Source: a virus
Lineage: Duplodnaviria; Heunggongvirae; Uroviricota; Caudoviricetes
Length of the DNA: 32,000 bases
Direction: 5' to 3' (one strand)
Virus record (IMG/VR): IMGVR_UViG_3300046542_000616
Positions 1-8,531 of this stretch are shown here, one piece after another. Numbering within the stretch: position 1 is the first letter of the stretch; each line of letters opens with the position of its first letter. Made by a program: the position numbers and the translations under genes. The notes beneath the pieces were generated by a model. That model ran no database searches and was not told the origin of the DNA. It saw nothing but the letters and a program-made list of their open reading frames with translations.

Positions 1-507
1 GTGAGCGATGATTTAACGAGAGACCTGGCGGTGCGGTTGGCCACCAGTGCAAAATTCATGGGCCTGGATGACAGCGACGAGAAGCTGTTGTGGCGATACG
101 TCGCCGGGCTGAAAGACGGTGTGAAACCTAATCAAGCTATCGTTGATGTCCTGGCTAGTCAGGGCGAGATGAGTCCTGTGCTGGTCACCAGCTACACCTG
201 GGTGGCCTCCATTCCCGAGCGGTTCTATAAGAAGCGTCAACAGAAGCTGGCCAGGCTGGGCTTTCCTCTACGAGAGAAGAGAACGGTTAAGCTCGCCGGG
301 CCTCAATACGTAGATGACGCTGCTGCCTATGCCAGCGATCTCGAAGCGAGCATCAAACGACAGTGCTTTCTGAAGTGGTTTCCTCGACTGACAAGCTGCC
401 TGCGTCCGGATGGCGTCAACTGGGAGCCGCCAGGTGACCTGGATGTCGAACTGCAGATAGAGGTCAACTCTGTGCCCCTGCAGGACAAACTTCGGCAATT
501 TCGGTAA
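1..507 (+). CDS. hypothetical protein, N-terminus probably cut by the window edge
   Basis: Reading frame is open from base 1 to the stop at 505-507, with GC-rich third positions. No family recognised by eye, and there is no NrdA-like C-terminal Cys pair. Confidence 0.5.
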   Translation: MSDDLTRDLAVRLATSAKFMGLDDSDEKLLWRYVAGLKDGVKPNQAIVDVLASQGEMSPVLVTSYTWVASIPERFYKKRQQKLARLGFPLREKRTVKLAGPQYVDDAAAYASDLEASIKRQCFLKWFPRLTSCLRPDGVNWEPPGDLDVELQIEVNSVPLQDKLRQFR

Positions 508-623
508 GCCGTTGCTTATCGTCCAAGACCTAGTGGAGAATAGGACGATGATTGTTTACCTATAAATTGACAGAGCCCATAGCCCAGGATGATCTGGGTT
601 GTTGTGTTTTGCGGGAGAAAAGA

Positions 624-1775
624 ATGCTGAGTTGGGACGAAGAATCACCAAAACCAGGCCAAAGCCCTGCGGCAGGGAGCATGGATGAGCGGGTCATGGC
701 TGGCCTAGCTGCCCTCGATCTGGCTGCCGGCGCCAAAGAGCTCGATGATGCTTATGCCGGGCGGGTCAACGTCAGCCAGAAGCAGATGATCAACGCGCAG
801 GCAGACGTCAACCAGCTTGTACCGTTCAAGTACGACTGGGCCTGGCAGAAATACCTCGACGGCTGTGCCAACCACTGGATGCCGCAGGAAGTGGCCATGA
901 ACCGCGACATTCAACTCTGGAAAGACCCTGAAGGTCTGACCGATGATGAGCGCCGGATCGTGATGCGTAGCCTGGGCTACTTCTCCACCGCAGACTCGCT
1001 GGTGGCCAACAACCTGGTGCTGGCTGTGTATCGCCTGATCACCAACCCGGAATGCCGCCAGTACATTCTGCGCCAGGCCTTCGAAGAGGCCATCCACACC
1101 CACGCCTATCAGTACTGCGTAGAGTCCCTGGCCCTCGACGAGGGTGAGGTGTTCAACATGTACCGTGAGGTGCCTTCGATCACAAAGAAGGCCGCGTGGA
1201 GCTTGAACTACATGCGGGAGCTGACGGATCCGACCTTCACCACCGGTACGCCAGAGAAAGACCGCCTCCTCCTGAAGAACCTGATTGCCTACTACTGCGT
1301 GACCGAAGGCATCTTCTTCTACTGTGGCTTTACCCAGATTCTGTCCATGGGCCGGCGCAACAAGATGAACGGGGTCGCCGAGCAGTTCCAGTACATCCTG
1401 CGCGACGAGTCGATGCACCTGAACTTCGGTATCGACGTCATCAACCAGATCAAAGCCGAAAACCCGCATGTGTGGGACGAAGCGATGAAGCTGGAGGCCC
1501 GCCAGATGATCCTGGAGGGCACGCAGCTCGAGATCGAATACGCTCGTGACAGCATGCCTCGCGGCGTCCTGGGCATGAACTCAGACATGATGGAGGAGTA
1601 CCTCAAGTTCATTGCGAACCGTCGTCTGACGCAAATTGGCCTGGAGCCTGAGTATCCGGACGCCGGCAACCCATTCCCGTGGATGAGCGAGATCATGGAC
1701 TTGAAGAAAGAGAAAAACTTCTTCGAGACCCGTGTGATCGAGTACCAAACCGGTGGCGCACTGACCTGGGATTAA
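624..1775 (+). CDS. nrdB: ribonucleotide-diphosphate reductase beta subunit (class Ia, NrdB)
   Basis: N-terminus MLSWDE and the block [26 protein letters not shown] match Pseudomonas NrdB as I remember it. Di-iron ligand motifs EEAIHTHAY and DESMHLNF are present. GGGAGA lies 5 nt upstream of the ATG at 624, so the track start at 552 is rejected. Confidence 0.93.
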   Translation: MLSWDEESPKPGQSPAAGSMDERVMAGLAALDLAAGAKELDDAYAGRVNVSQKQMINAQADVNQLVPFKYDWAWQKYLDGCANHWMPQEVAMNRDIQLWKDPEGLTDDERRIVMRSLGYFSTADSLVANNLVLAVYRLITNPECRQYILRQAFEEAIHTHAYQYCVESLALDEGEVFNMYREVPSITKKAAWSLNYMRELTDPTFTTGTPEKDRLLLKNLIAYYCVTEGIFFYCGFTQILSMGRRNKMNGVAEQFQYILRDESMHLNFGIDVINQIKAENPHVWDEAMKLEARQMILEGTQLEIEYARDSMPRGVLGMNSDMMEEYLKFIANRRLTQIGLEPEYPDAGNPFPWMSEIMDLKKEKNFFETRVIEYQTGGALTWD

Positions 1776-1801
1776 TCCAGGGTAAGTTGTCCGGTGATAC
1801 G

Positions 1802-1831
1802 AAAGGGCCCTGCAGGGCCCTTTTTGTTTTT
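1802..1831 (+). terminator. rho-independent terminator after nrdB
   Basis: Perfect 16-nt palindrome GGGCCCTGCAGGGCCC followed by TTTTTGTTTTT. Confidence 0.85.
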
Positions 1832-1854
1832 CTTCCAGGTGCTTTTGGCGGGCG

Positions 1855-2355
1855 TCAGTCGTAGTTTTTTTCTACTTCCGCATCCAGTTTCTCTGAGGGA
1901 TGGAAGCCGGCCTGCAGGAAAGCCGCCCGGATCTCCTCAATCGACAGCTTCGTTGCGATGTCGAATACGGCCTCCATGCACTCATCAAACTTCATGCCCT
2001 TTTTCGGCAGGAAGGATTTGACGATCCACTCGTGGTGAACATCCTCCATCTCACCGTCGACGTCGAACATCCGCTTTTCTGCCAGGTAGAGGCGGTGGTA
2101 GTCATCGTACGGCGTGATCGTGAAATAAAAGTCCTCGGCACGGAAGCTGTTGTGCGGTCGAAAGAACATGTCCTGCTCCTCCACCGAGATCTGTTCACGA
2201 TCTTCGTTGATCAGCACCGCGCCAATCACTGGGTGGCCGAAGCGGCGGATCTCTTCCTCGAGCAGGTTTTTGAACTTGCTTTCGCGCTTCCACTCTTTCT
2301 CGAGAGTCTGCGGGTAGTGCTTGACCAGGAGGGTTTTGCAGTCTGCGGTGCTCAT
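1855..2355 (-). CDS. ORFan, member 3 of a triple tandem paralog array (about 165 aa, acidic)
   Basis: Shares MSTADCKxLLVxxYPxTxxKEWKR, HPV(I/V)G, (D/E)FYF(S/T)I and AGF motifs with the two upstream genes. Its start overlaps the upstream stop (ATGA). Confidence 0.8.
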   Translation of the reverse strand: MSTADCKTLLVKHYPQTLEKEWKRESKFKNLLEEEIRRFGHPVIGAVLINEDREQISVEEQDMFFRPHNSFRAEDFYFTITPYDDYHRLYLAEKRMFDVDGEMEDVHHEWIVKSFLPKKGMKFDECMEAVFDIATKLSIEEIRAAFLQAGFHPSEKLDAEVEKNYD

Positions 2356-2861
2356 GACTGACCTCTTACCAAAGCAGCAAGCCGTTCGGAGGGAGAGAAG
2401 CCGGCTGCGATGAACATGGCCTGGAGCGTCTCAAAAGAGTGCTCATCATGGATGGCGAACATCGCGTCAGCCTCCTCGTAGCATTCCATGTCATCAGGGA
2501 TCAATGTTTCCATGATGGAGTCAAGGGAGACTTCGTCCAGATAACCATTGGCATCGAAGAAAGGCTTGTGCGCGAACCATACCAGGGCATTCGCCGGGAA
2601 ATCTTCACCATCACTCATGATGATCGAGAAGTAGAACTCCGAGGCAGAAAAGCTGCTCGGCTTGCGCACATAAAAATCGTTTTCGTCGGTGGTGATGTCA
2701 GAACGGTAACCCTCAACGAACACCTTGCCGACCACCGGGTGCCGGAAAATCCGAATTGTAATGCCTGACACGTTGCTGTACTTGGTTTCGCGCTTCCATT
2801 CCTTGATCAGGGTCTCGGGGTACTTCTTGACCAGGAGTGCCTTGCAATCAGCCGAGTTCAT
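2352..2861 (-). CDS. ORFan, member 2 of the triple tandem paralog array
   Basis: Same motif set as its neighbours, with ATGA overlaps at both ends. Confidence 0.8.
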   Translation of the reverse strand: MNSADCKALLVKKYPETLIKEWKRETKYSNVSGITIRIFRHPVVGKVFVEGYRSDITTDENDFYVRKPSSFSASEFYFSIIMSDGEDFPANALVWFAHKPFFDANGYLDEVSLDSIMETLIPDDMECYEEADAMFAIHDEHSFETLQAMFIAAGFSPSERLAALVRGQS

Positions 2862-3352
2862 TGCTGCTCTCCATCGAAAAGGGCATGGTGGGTGAAGCCA
2901 CTGTCCAGAAACTTCTGCTTCAACACTTCTGTGTCTTGGATGGAGTAGATCGCAAAGCAGCTTTCCATCTCTTCATCGAATTCCAGGTCTTTGGGGAAGA
3001 ACGGCTTCACGACATTTCCAACATGCACCGAATCGATATGGCCATGCATGTCGAAGTATTTCTTCAGGTAGATGAAGACCTGGATCTGATCACCCGCGTC
3101 ATGGCTACTGTCGATGGAAAAGTAAAAGTCCGAGACGGTGAGGGCTGATTTTTGCTGCACCTCAAAACGCTCCGCTTCGGTGATGATTGCACCGTCCTCT
3201 TCCTCGACAAACACGGTGCCGATCACCGGGTGTACAAATACCCGGATCTCCTGATCCCAGGGGTTGATGAATTTCGAGGTGCGCTTCCATTCTTTGGCTT
3301 TGGTCGAAGGGTATTCCTCCACCAGAAGCTCTTTGCAGTCGGCAGTGCTCAC
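2858..3352 (-). CDS. ORFan, member 1 of the triple tandem paralog array
   Basis: Same motif set as its neighbours. ATGA overlap with the upstream HTH gene. Confidence 0.8.
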   Translation of the reverse strand: MSTADCKELLVEEYPSTKAKEWKRTSKFINPWDQEIRVFVHPVIGTVFVEEEDGAIITEAERFEVQQKSALTVSDFYFSIDSSHDAGDQIQVFIYLKKYFDMHGHIDSVHVGNVVKPFFPKDLEFDEEMESCFAIYSIQDTEVLKQKFLDSGFTHHALFDGEQQ

Positions 3353-3600
3353 TGACCAACCTCCGATTCGGTTTTTGAGGGGGCGTCTTTCAGGGTGTAG
3401 ATCGTGACGTACGTGTACGGCGGGATCTTGCCGGAGTAACGTTTGCGGGGAATGGGCTGCTGGCAGTTATAGGCGGCAGTGGCCAGGCCATCCGCCACCA
3501 TTTTCTCCAGGCGACGGCGTGCCGTGGCAGGGGTCACACCAAGGTGCTTGGCGTATTCTTTGGTGGTGACCTGACGATTATTATCAGTGGTGGTGGCCAT
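3349..3600 (-). CDS. small HTH / winged-helix DNA-binding protein, first gene of the paralog operon
   Basis: TTKEYAKHLGVTPATARRRLEKMVADGL looks like a helix-turn-helix. AGGAG lies 7 nt upstream of the ATG at 3600. Confidence 0.7.
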   Translation of the reverse strand: MATTTDNNRQVTTKEYAKHLGVTPATARRRLEKMVADGLATAAYNCQQPIPRKRYSGKIPPYTYVTIYTLKDAPSKTESEVGQ

Positions 3601-3614
3601 CACGGGCTCCTATT

Positions 3615-3654
3615 CAGTATTTATCCAGTATACCGTTTAGAAGAAAATGTGCAA
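3615..3654 (-). promoter_or_regulatory. class-1 operator/promoter for the HTH plus 3-paralog operon
   Basis: On the minus strand: TTGCAC-N16-TATACT. The palindrome CAGTAT-N9-ATACCG (3615-3635) overlaps the -10 and +1. Confidence 0.65.
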
Positions 3655-3684
3655 TGTCCGATTTACTGCAAATTGACAGAAAGC

Positions 3685-3716
3685 AAACAAAAAAGGGAGA
3701 CCAGAGGCCTCCCTTT
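3685..3716 (-). terminator. rho-independent terminator after the 3731..4159 gene
   Basis: On the minus strand: AGGGAG-loop-CTCCCT followed by TTTTTTGTTTG. Confidence 0.7.
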
Positions 3717-3730
3717 GATGCAGATCAGGT

Positions 3731-4159
3731 TCAGGTATCGAGGTCGTACAGACCTACAAGCTTGCCGGTTTCATCGTAAACAGTTGCCCGAATACAGAAT
3801 CCGCCGTAATAACCGTTGTGCTCGTTGTGAGTTTCCAGCGTGATCGAATCCCTGTTGGTCGAAACCTTCAGGAACACCACCTCGTGTTCGTCACCCGAGT
3901 CATCGATACAATCGACCGAGTCTACCCTGATCGAAACCAGGGATTCCCCTACCAGGCTGCCGACATCGTCACTGGAATGCAGATACCGGTGCTCACAGCA
4001 ACTCTGAGCGGTGTCCACGATGACGATCTTGAAACCTGAAGCCAGTCCGAGGATTAAGCTGCCGTTGCCAGCGTTACCGTCCGGATCAATGACCGCAGAT
4101 TCGATAACATGGGTGGACACAACAGACTGGCCAAACAGCGATGCAATGGAATTGTTCAT
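3731..4159 (-). CDS. hypothetical protein (142 aa, acidic)
   Basis: Long ORF bounded by a promoter at 4237-4265 and a terminator at 3685-3716. No family recognised. Confidence 0.65.
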   Translation of the reverse strand: MNNSIASLFGQSVVSTHVIESAVIDPDGNAGNGSLILGLASGFKIVIVDTAQSCCEHRYLHSSDDVGSLVGESLVSIRVDSVDCIDDSGDEHEVVFLKVSTNRDSITLETHNEHNGYYGGFCIRATVYDETGKLVGLYDLDT

Positions 4160-4236
4160 AAGAGTGTTCTCGAAGAGGGACTAATCGAGTCCACGCCTCA
4201 TCGATCATTCTTAAAACTAACTACATTGCAGGGCCT

Positions 4237-4265
4237 ACTTTAACGGTATCCTTTTAGAATATCAA
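4237..4265 (-). promoter_or_regulatory. sigma70-type promoter with a degenerate class-1 site in the spacer
   Basis: On the minus strand: TTGATA-N17-TAAAGT. CGGTAT-N9-ATATCA (4244-4264) lies within it. Confidence 0.5.
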
Positions 4266-4274
4266 TAACCCGAT

Positions 4275-5057
4275 TTACGATTTTCCGGATATTTTGCCTG
4301 GCAACTGGATTTGGTAGCCAAAGCCGGCTGCGATCTCACCCAGAAACTTCATCTCAAAGCCCTTGGGACTGTAGTAACTCAGATCGTCCTGCAGGAGGGC
4401 TTCGCGCTCCTCATCACTGATCACCAGGTCAAAGCGGGGCAGGGTGAAGAGCTTGCCTTCGTAACCCGCCGAGATGAATAAGCAGGCTTTGTCACCACCC
4501 AGGGTGCCGATCACTTCAATGCCGGCATTCAGGGAGCCAAAGGTTCGCCGATTGATCTCACCGGTTCGGCAGTACTGCACCACGTCGTCCATCACGTGAG
4601 GATTGCTCTCCACGCGATCCATGGTGTCGGTGAAGATGCGGAACAAACTCACCGGCGTCCCTGGTTCACGGATGTCACGTGACACCTTGCCCTTGAGGAT
4701 CTTGGCTCCAATGTTGCGCAGGGTTCGACGAAGTCCGGTGAGCTTGGACTCAAAATCAAAAGCGGGCCCGTCATCCTGCAGGGACGCCGTCCAGCCGAGC
4801 GCACCGGCACTGACCAGAAACTGGTCGTCGATGTAGAAGCAGCAGCGTCCGGAGGTGTGATGATATTGGCTGAGCACCACGTTCGGCGTGCTGGTCTCGT
4901 AAGCCCGGTCGGCTCGACGCATCCAGCGCTGCTGGCCATCAAACTCTTTGGGCAGGCAATCGTGAAGGTGGTATCCACCGCTGGCTCGCTTGAAGTCAAT
5001 GGCTTGTACGGCATCAAGATCTTGATGCCGTACAGCCATGATGATCACATTACCCAT
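4275..5057 (-). CDS. hypothetical protein (260 aa)
   Basis: GGAGG lies 7 nt upstream of the ATG at 5057 (MGNVIIMAV...). The track start at 5102 has no RBS. Confidence 0.7.
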   Translation of the reverse strand: MGNVIIMAVRHQDLDAVQAIDFKRASGGYHLHDCLPKEFDGQQRWMRRADRAYETSTPNVVLSQYHHTSGRCCFYIDDQFLVSAGALGWTASLQDDGPAFDFESKLTGLRRTLRNIGAKILKGKVSRDIREPGTPVSLFRIFTDTMDRVESNPHVMDDVVQYCRTGEINRRTFGSLNAGIEVIGTLGGDKACLFISAGYEGKLFTLPRFDLVISDEEREALLQDDLSYYSPKGFEMKFLGEIAAGFGYQIQLPGKISGKS

Positions 5058-5151
5058 GAGGTGGCCTCCGGCCAAAAAAAAGGACGACAAGCATAAAAGC
5101 ATGTCGACCTGAAGTTGTTCGCAATCGGTTAATAACTAACCTTTATTTTTT

Positions 5152-5179
5152 ATAATAGGCGCTTTTAATAGATTGTCAA
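5152..5179 (-). promoter_or_regulatory. sigma70-type promoter for the 4275..5057 gene
   Basis: On the minus strand: TTGACA-N16-TATTAT, in an AT-rich intergenic region. Confidence 0.6.
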
Positions 5180-5186
5180 TTAGATA

Positions 5187-5744
5187 TTAACGTTCGAGTT
5201 CTCGGCCAATAACAGCGAGTATTCCTGATTCCGGTGAATTACCTGTACCCACATCGCATAAAGACATACGGCCACCCTCATCTAGCTGGTACAAAAGGCT
5301 AATGAGAATATCACCGGTCTTGGCCGGATTAACGCGCATGGTCACGATGGCCTGATCCAGACTCTGATACTTGATGGCCTTGACTTCGACCAGTCCCAGC
5401 TTGGCCGATGGCCTGGAGAGCTGTCCGGAGAAGGCCTTGTCAAAGCGTTCGCCGGCCACTTTGCTGACCGCATTGCGCATCTGCTCAAATCCCTCGTCCG
5501 GGAGATTGATCTTATCTTTGTAACCACAGCGGTCATCAATCTGCTTAGGCAGGTTCTGGCTCAGGATGAGCCTCCAGGACGTCCCGCTCTGATGCTGCTC
5601 AATTAAACCACCCATCAATTCACGTGCAGAAGATTGCGCATAGCGTTTAATGGCTTTCTGAAAATCCTGGTCTTCATGTGCCGGCCCTGCCACCGCCAAT
5701 CCGCACAGAAAAGATAGCGAAATGCCTAACAGTATTTTTCTCAT
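5187..5744 (-). CDS. secreted/periplasmic protein with an N-terminal signal peptide
   Basis: MRKILLGISLSFLCGLAVAGPA is a typical Sec signal peptide (basic n-region, hydrophobic core, AxA-like cleavage site). Confidence 0.75.
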   Translation of the reverse strand: MRKILLGISLSFLCGLAVAGPAHEDQDFQKAIKRYAQSSARELMGGLIEQHQSGTSWRLILSQNLPKQIDDRCGYKDKINLPDEGFEQMRNAVSKVAGERFDKAFSGQLSRPSAKLGLVEVKAIKYQSLDQAIVTMRVNPAKTGDILISLLYQLDEGGRMSLCDVGTGNSPESGILAVIGRELER

Positions 5745-5760
5745 AATCCAAGTATTTCTC

Positions 5761-5789
5761 TTGACAATTTGTCCATTATTGCCTTTAAT
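5761..5789 (+). promoter_or_regulatory. sigma70-type promoter for the lipoprotein gene
   Basis: TTGACA-N17-TTTAAT. Confidence 0.6.
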
Positions 5790-5826
5790 CTGACGCTATA
5801 GATCAAAGGTTTCAGAGGGTTCTCGC

Positions 5827-6261
5827 TTGAGACGTTTATACGCTTCCTGTGCCATGGTGTCACTGTTGCTGACCGGTTGTGTCAGCACCGGTGGATATAC
5901 AACACCGACCAGAATTCAGACGGCACGGGTAGTGGATATTCAGCGTGGAACGACTGAAGGCTCGTGGGTTCCAGGTGCTGCCATTGGCGGCGGAGTAGGG
6001 GTTCTCACCGGCATCGGTCATTCCACCGAGTCGAAAGTGATTCGCGGAGCTGGTGGTGCACTGATCGGTGCAGCCTTGAACAAGGCATTTACCACCGGTA
6101 ATCGGGAGACCAGCCTGGTGGTGCAAACCGCTCGCGGTGAGACCTTGCAGATCGATCATGAATACAACGACCTGGTGCCTGGGGACTGTGTAAACCTTGA
6201 AACCCGTCAAGACGGTGATGTTCAGGTCTCGAGAACCAGTACAACTCAATGTAATTTTTAG
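5827..6261 (+). CDS. outer-membrane lipoprotein, glycine-zipper (SlyB / 17-kDa-antigen-like)
   Basis: Lipobox LLLTGC follows MRRLYASCAMVS (TTG start). Glycine zippers GAAIGGGVGVLTGIG and GAGGALIGAAL are present. Confidence 0.75.
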   Translation: MRRLYASCAMVSLLLTGCVSTGGYTTPTRIQTARVVDIQRGTTEGSWVPGAAIGGGVGVLTGIGHSTESKVIRGAGGALIGAALNKAFTTGNRETSLVVQTARGETLQIDHEYNDLVPGDCVNLETRQDGDVQVSRTSTTQCNF

Positions 6262-6274
6262 GCAGTAATTGACC

Positions 6275-6514
6275 ATGAGCACAACGATCAAATGCGAAGT
6301 ACCAATCCAGCCAGGGTTCGATCAGCCGTGCATCGCTGTGTTCAATGCAGCCGGGCTGATGTTGATTATTGAAGGCCTGGAACTGGGTGTTGAAGCACCT
6401 GAGGAATTCAACGTGGAAATCGAAGGCAGCCAATTCGGCGTTCGCCGTGAAGGGGGCGAGCACTACGTCATCCCTGACCTGCGTGACGCGTTCGTGGCCA
6501 TGGTCTTCGGCTAA
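6275..6514 (+). CDS. hypothetical protein (79 aa, acidic)
   Basis: ATG at 6275 directly downstream of the lipoprotein gene. Coding-like codon bias. Confidence 0.55.
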   Translation: MSTTIKCEVPIQPGFDQPCIAVFNAAGLMLIIEGLELGVEAPEEFNVEIEGSQFGVRREGGEHYVIPDLRDAFVAMVFG

Positions 6515-6516
6515 TC

Positions 6517-6873
6517 ATGAAAATTAACCACAGCAGGACTCAGATCAATGAAATGCGTCAGGTAGAAAGCTGCCTGCTCAATGCGCTTCTGATCGGCTCG
6601 ACGGCTGGCAAGCTGCCGGCCTTTGAGGACAAAGAGCACTGCTTCTCCTATCAAGGGCAGACCGCCTCGGTGGAGATGGATAAATCCAGTGGTCGTCTGA
6701 AAGTTTATCAACCTGGCCAGGTCAATCCCTTCTATGACAGTTCGGATATTGAGGCCTGCGTGGATCTGGAGCACTCATGGACACTGAGCTACGAAGTCAG
6801 TAATGAGATTCAGCGCGCCATTTGCCGTTGCCGACGCGAACAGCGTGAGGCAGCACAGTGCAGAGCACATTGA
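6517..6873 (+). CDS. hypothetical protein (118 aa)
   Basis: ATG lies 2 nt after the preceding stop. The 3' end overlaps the next ORF, so the end is uncertain. Confidence 0.5.
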   Translation: MKINHSRTQINEMRQVESCLLNALLIGSTAGKLPAFEDKEHCFSYQGQTASVEMDKSSGRLKVYQPGQVNPFYDSSDIEACVDLEHSWTLSYEVSNEIQRAICRCRREQREAAQCRAH

Positions 6874-6907
6874 TCGTCAGATCGCCAAGACACAGAAGGA
6901 TTCAGTC

Positions 6908-7156
6908 ATGGGTAACCTTGCAGGACTCAAGCACATTGTCCACGCCGCATTGATGCGGGCCTTTGCCGACCTGGCTTGTCTGGATTCCAGGTCGTCCAAT
7001 GAAATCATGCAGCGATACCCACGCTATCGTGAAGCCAAAGACTTGGTTGATGATGGGTTCTGGCTCGAAGGCGGCGGTAAAATGCTGACTGAGGTGCGCG
7101 CAGCACTGAAGCAGGCCGAGGAGCGTGCTGAGGTCGACCTCGACGAGTGCGCCTAA
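6908..7156 (+). CDS. hypothetical protein (82 aa; an alternative start at 6803 gives 117 aa)
   Basis: AAGGA lies 7 nt upstream of the ATG at 6908. The frame is also open and GC3-rich from the ATG at 6803. Confidence 0.5.
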   Translation: MGNLAGLKHIVHAALMRAFADLACLDSRSSNEIMQRYPRYREAKDLVDDGFWLEGGGKMLTEVRAALKQAEERAEVDLDECA

Positions 7157-7630
7157 TGGCCAGGCATCAAGGCCTTTTGGGTTATTTTTTGTATATTGCC
7201 AGCGGCACTACCAAGATCCTCCATTAGCCTATGGTCGTATTGACCTGGCTGTCGATTTTGTAATTCCAGATACAAAAACCCTGCACAGTGGCCACCCCAG
7301 GGCCGCTCATGGAAAAATCAGGCTGACTCGGTGATTTAACGATCTCAGCCACATGGGTAAGGGTCTTTTCGCGTCAATTATGTGCGATTGATTCTCATAA
7401 TCGACTGATTCCATGGCGAAAGTGAGCCCTACGACTGCCATGGACTAAGGGATTCCCTGAATGTATCAGGCTTAACACGAAGCGCATTGATCTGGATCAA
7501 GGGTTGCCCTTAGGGCTGAAAAGCGCAAGAGCACGCTTATGGGCTGTTTGGAGCGGTGAATGAACCCCTGTCCCGAGCAACCTTCCGGATGCGCCGGGCC
7601 TGTTACCTTAATTTGCTCAGCAACAGGCAC

Positions 7631-7657
7631 AAAAAAACCGCTTTCGCGGTTTTTTTG
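7631..7657. terminator. bidirectional rho-independent terminator
   Basis: AAAAAAACCGC-TTTC-GCGGTTTTTTT, with an A-run and a T-run flanking the stem. It sits just past the stop of the 7674..8402 gene. Confidence 0.85.
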
Positions 7658-7673
7658 TTTGAGCGGGGCCAAG

Positions 7674-8402
7674 TTATTTGGCCACGTTGCCCTGTGCGGC
7701 AGGCCGGATCGGAGTGACCGTTGCCTTTGGTTTCGAGAAGTCGTAGTGAATAATGTTTTCACCGCTGCTTTCGATGTCGAGCGACTGTTTTGCCGCCTCG
7801 AGCTCAGCCTCAGCACGCTCTTGATGGGTGCCAATGCCGATTTCAACAACATCATGGAACAGCGAAATCACAGGAGTGGTCTGGAAATCCATGCGTGCTC
7901 GGTCAAGGGCCAGTTCAGCTGCCGCTGCGCAGAATTTAGGCAGGTTAGCGGAGGCGGCTTTGATCATGGCATCGGCCACAATGCCCTGCATTTCGTCGAC
8001 CATGCCCTTGGCCAGCATGTCGCGAATGGTCGCAGGATAGTCGTCATCCGAGTACTGGGCAACCATGGTGTCAATCACCTGGTTGGCCCGCACGTTACTG
8101 GCGTGATCTTCTAGGCGCACCTTCAGGCCCATGCCCATGAGCGATACGGTGGTTGTCAGGTAGTTCGTGAGGAACTTAGCCTGGGCCGGGGTCATGGTCA
8201 TGGTGACGGAGTCACCCTCCACGGCCACACCTTCGCAGATCGGTGCACCAAAAGCCTGATTGATTGCTGCAACGTCAGCTTTGAAGGCCTCGATCTCGCA
8301 TGAGGTAGGGTAATTTGACTGCAAAGCAGGGTCATGCATGACTTTTATTATGTCAGCTACTCGACCAGACATCTTTGAGATTAGCTCTATGTGGGACATC
8401 AT
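7674..8402 (-). CDS. hypothetical protein (242 aa)
   Basis: AAAGGAAC lies directly upstream of the ATGATG at 8402 (MMSHIELISK...). The gene is followed by the terminator at 7631-7657. Confidence 0.7.
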   Translation of the reverse strand: MMSHIELISKMSGRVADIIKVMHDPALQSNYPTSCEIEAFKADVAAINQAFGAPICEGVAVEGDSVTMTMTPAQAKFLTNYLTTTVSLMGMGLKVRLEDHASNVRANQVIDTMVAQYSDDDYPATIRDMLAKGMVDEMQGIVADAMIKAASANLPKFCAAAAELALDRARMDFQTTPVISLFHDVVEIGIGTHQERAEAELEAAKQSLDIESSGENIIHYDFSKPKATVTPIRPAAQGNVAK

Positions 8403-8513
8403 GTTCCTTTGACTGTAGTCAACAGCAATTTTAAGGCATCCAAATCCAGTTGCCGTGAAGCATTTCGGCAAATCTATGGACAACTTGAGCGCAGGTCAAG
8501 AAAAAAGTAGCGG

Positions 8514-8531
8514 CACTGTGACAGTACAGTG
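8514..8531. promoter_or_regulatory. palindrome CACTGT-N6-ACAGTG in a divergent intergenic region
   Basis: Perfect 6-6-6 inverted repeat, with a nested ACTGT-G-ACAGT. Candidate operator. Confidence 0.35.

Noticed and set aside
508-623. NrdR boxes or a clear promoter upstream of nrdB.
   Set aside because: I could not find a pair of NrdR-type palindromes. TTGACA at 567-572 has only a poor -10 (TGATCT), so no call is made.
705-1469. 254-aa minus-strand ORF inside nrdB, plus other ORFs overlapping nrdB (1196-1549, 1319-1696).
   Set aside because: These are antisense or off-frame shadows of a confidently identified NrdB gene. Such ORFs are typical in GC-rich coding DNA.
5187-5744. MlaC/Ttg2D-like lipid-binding annotation for the secreted protein.
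   Set aside because: Only the size and the signal peptide fit. I could not align any conserved block from memory, so it is left as a generic secreted protein.
7125-7855. ORFs 7125-7334 (plus) and 7472-7855 (minus) in the non-coding gap.
   Set aside because: The first starts inside the preceding gene and has implausible composition. The second runs antisense into the 7674-8402 gene and across the bidirectional terminator.
8514-8531. Possible LexA (SOS) box, CTGT...ACAG.
   Set aside because: The spacing is CTG-N8-CAG, not the CTG-N10-CAG of the gammaproteobacterial SOS box. It is kept only as a generic palindrome.
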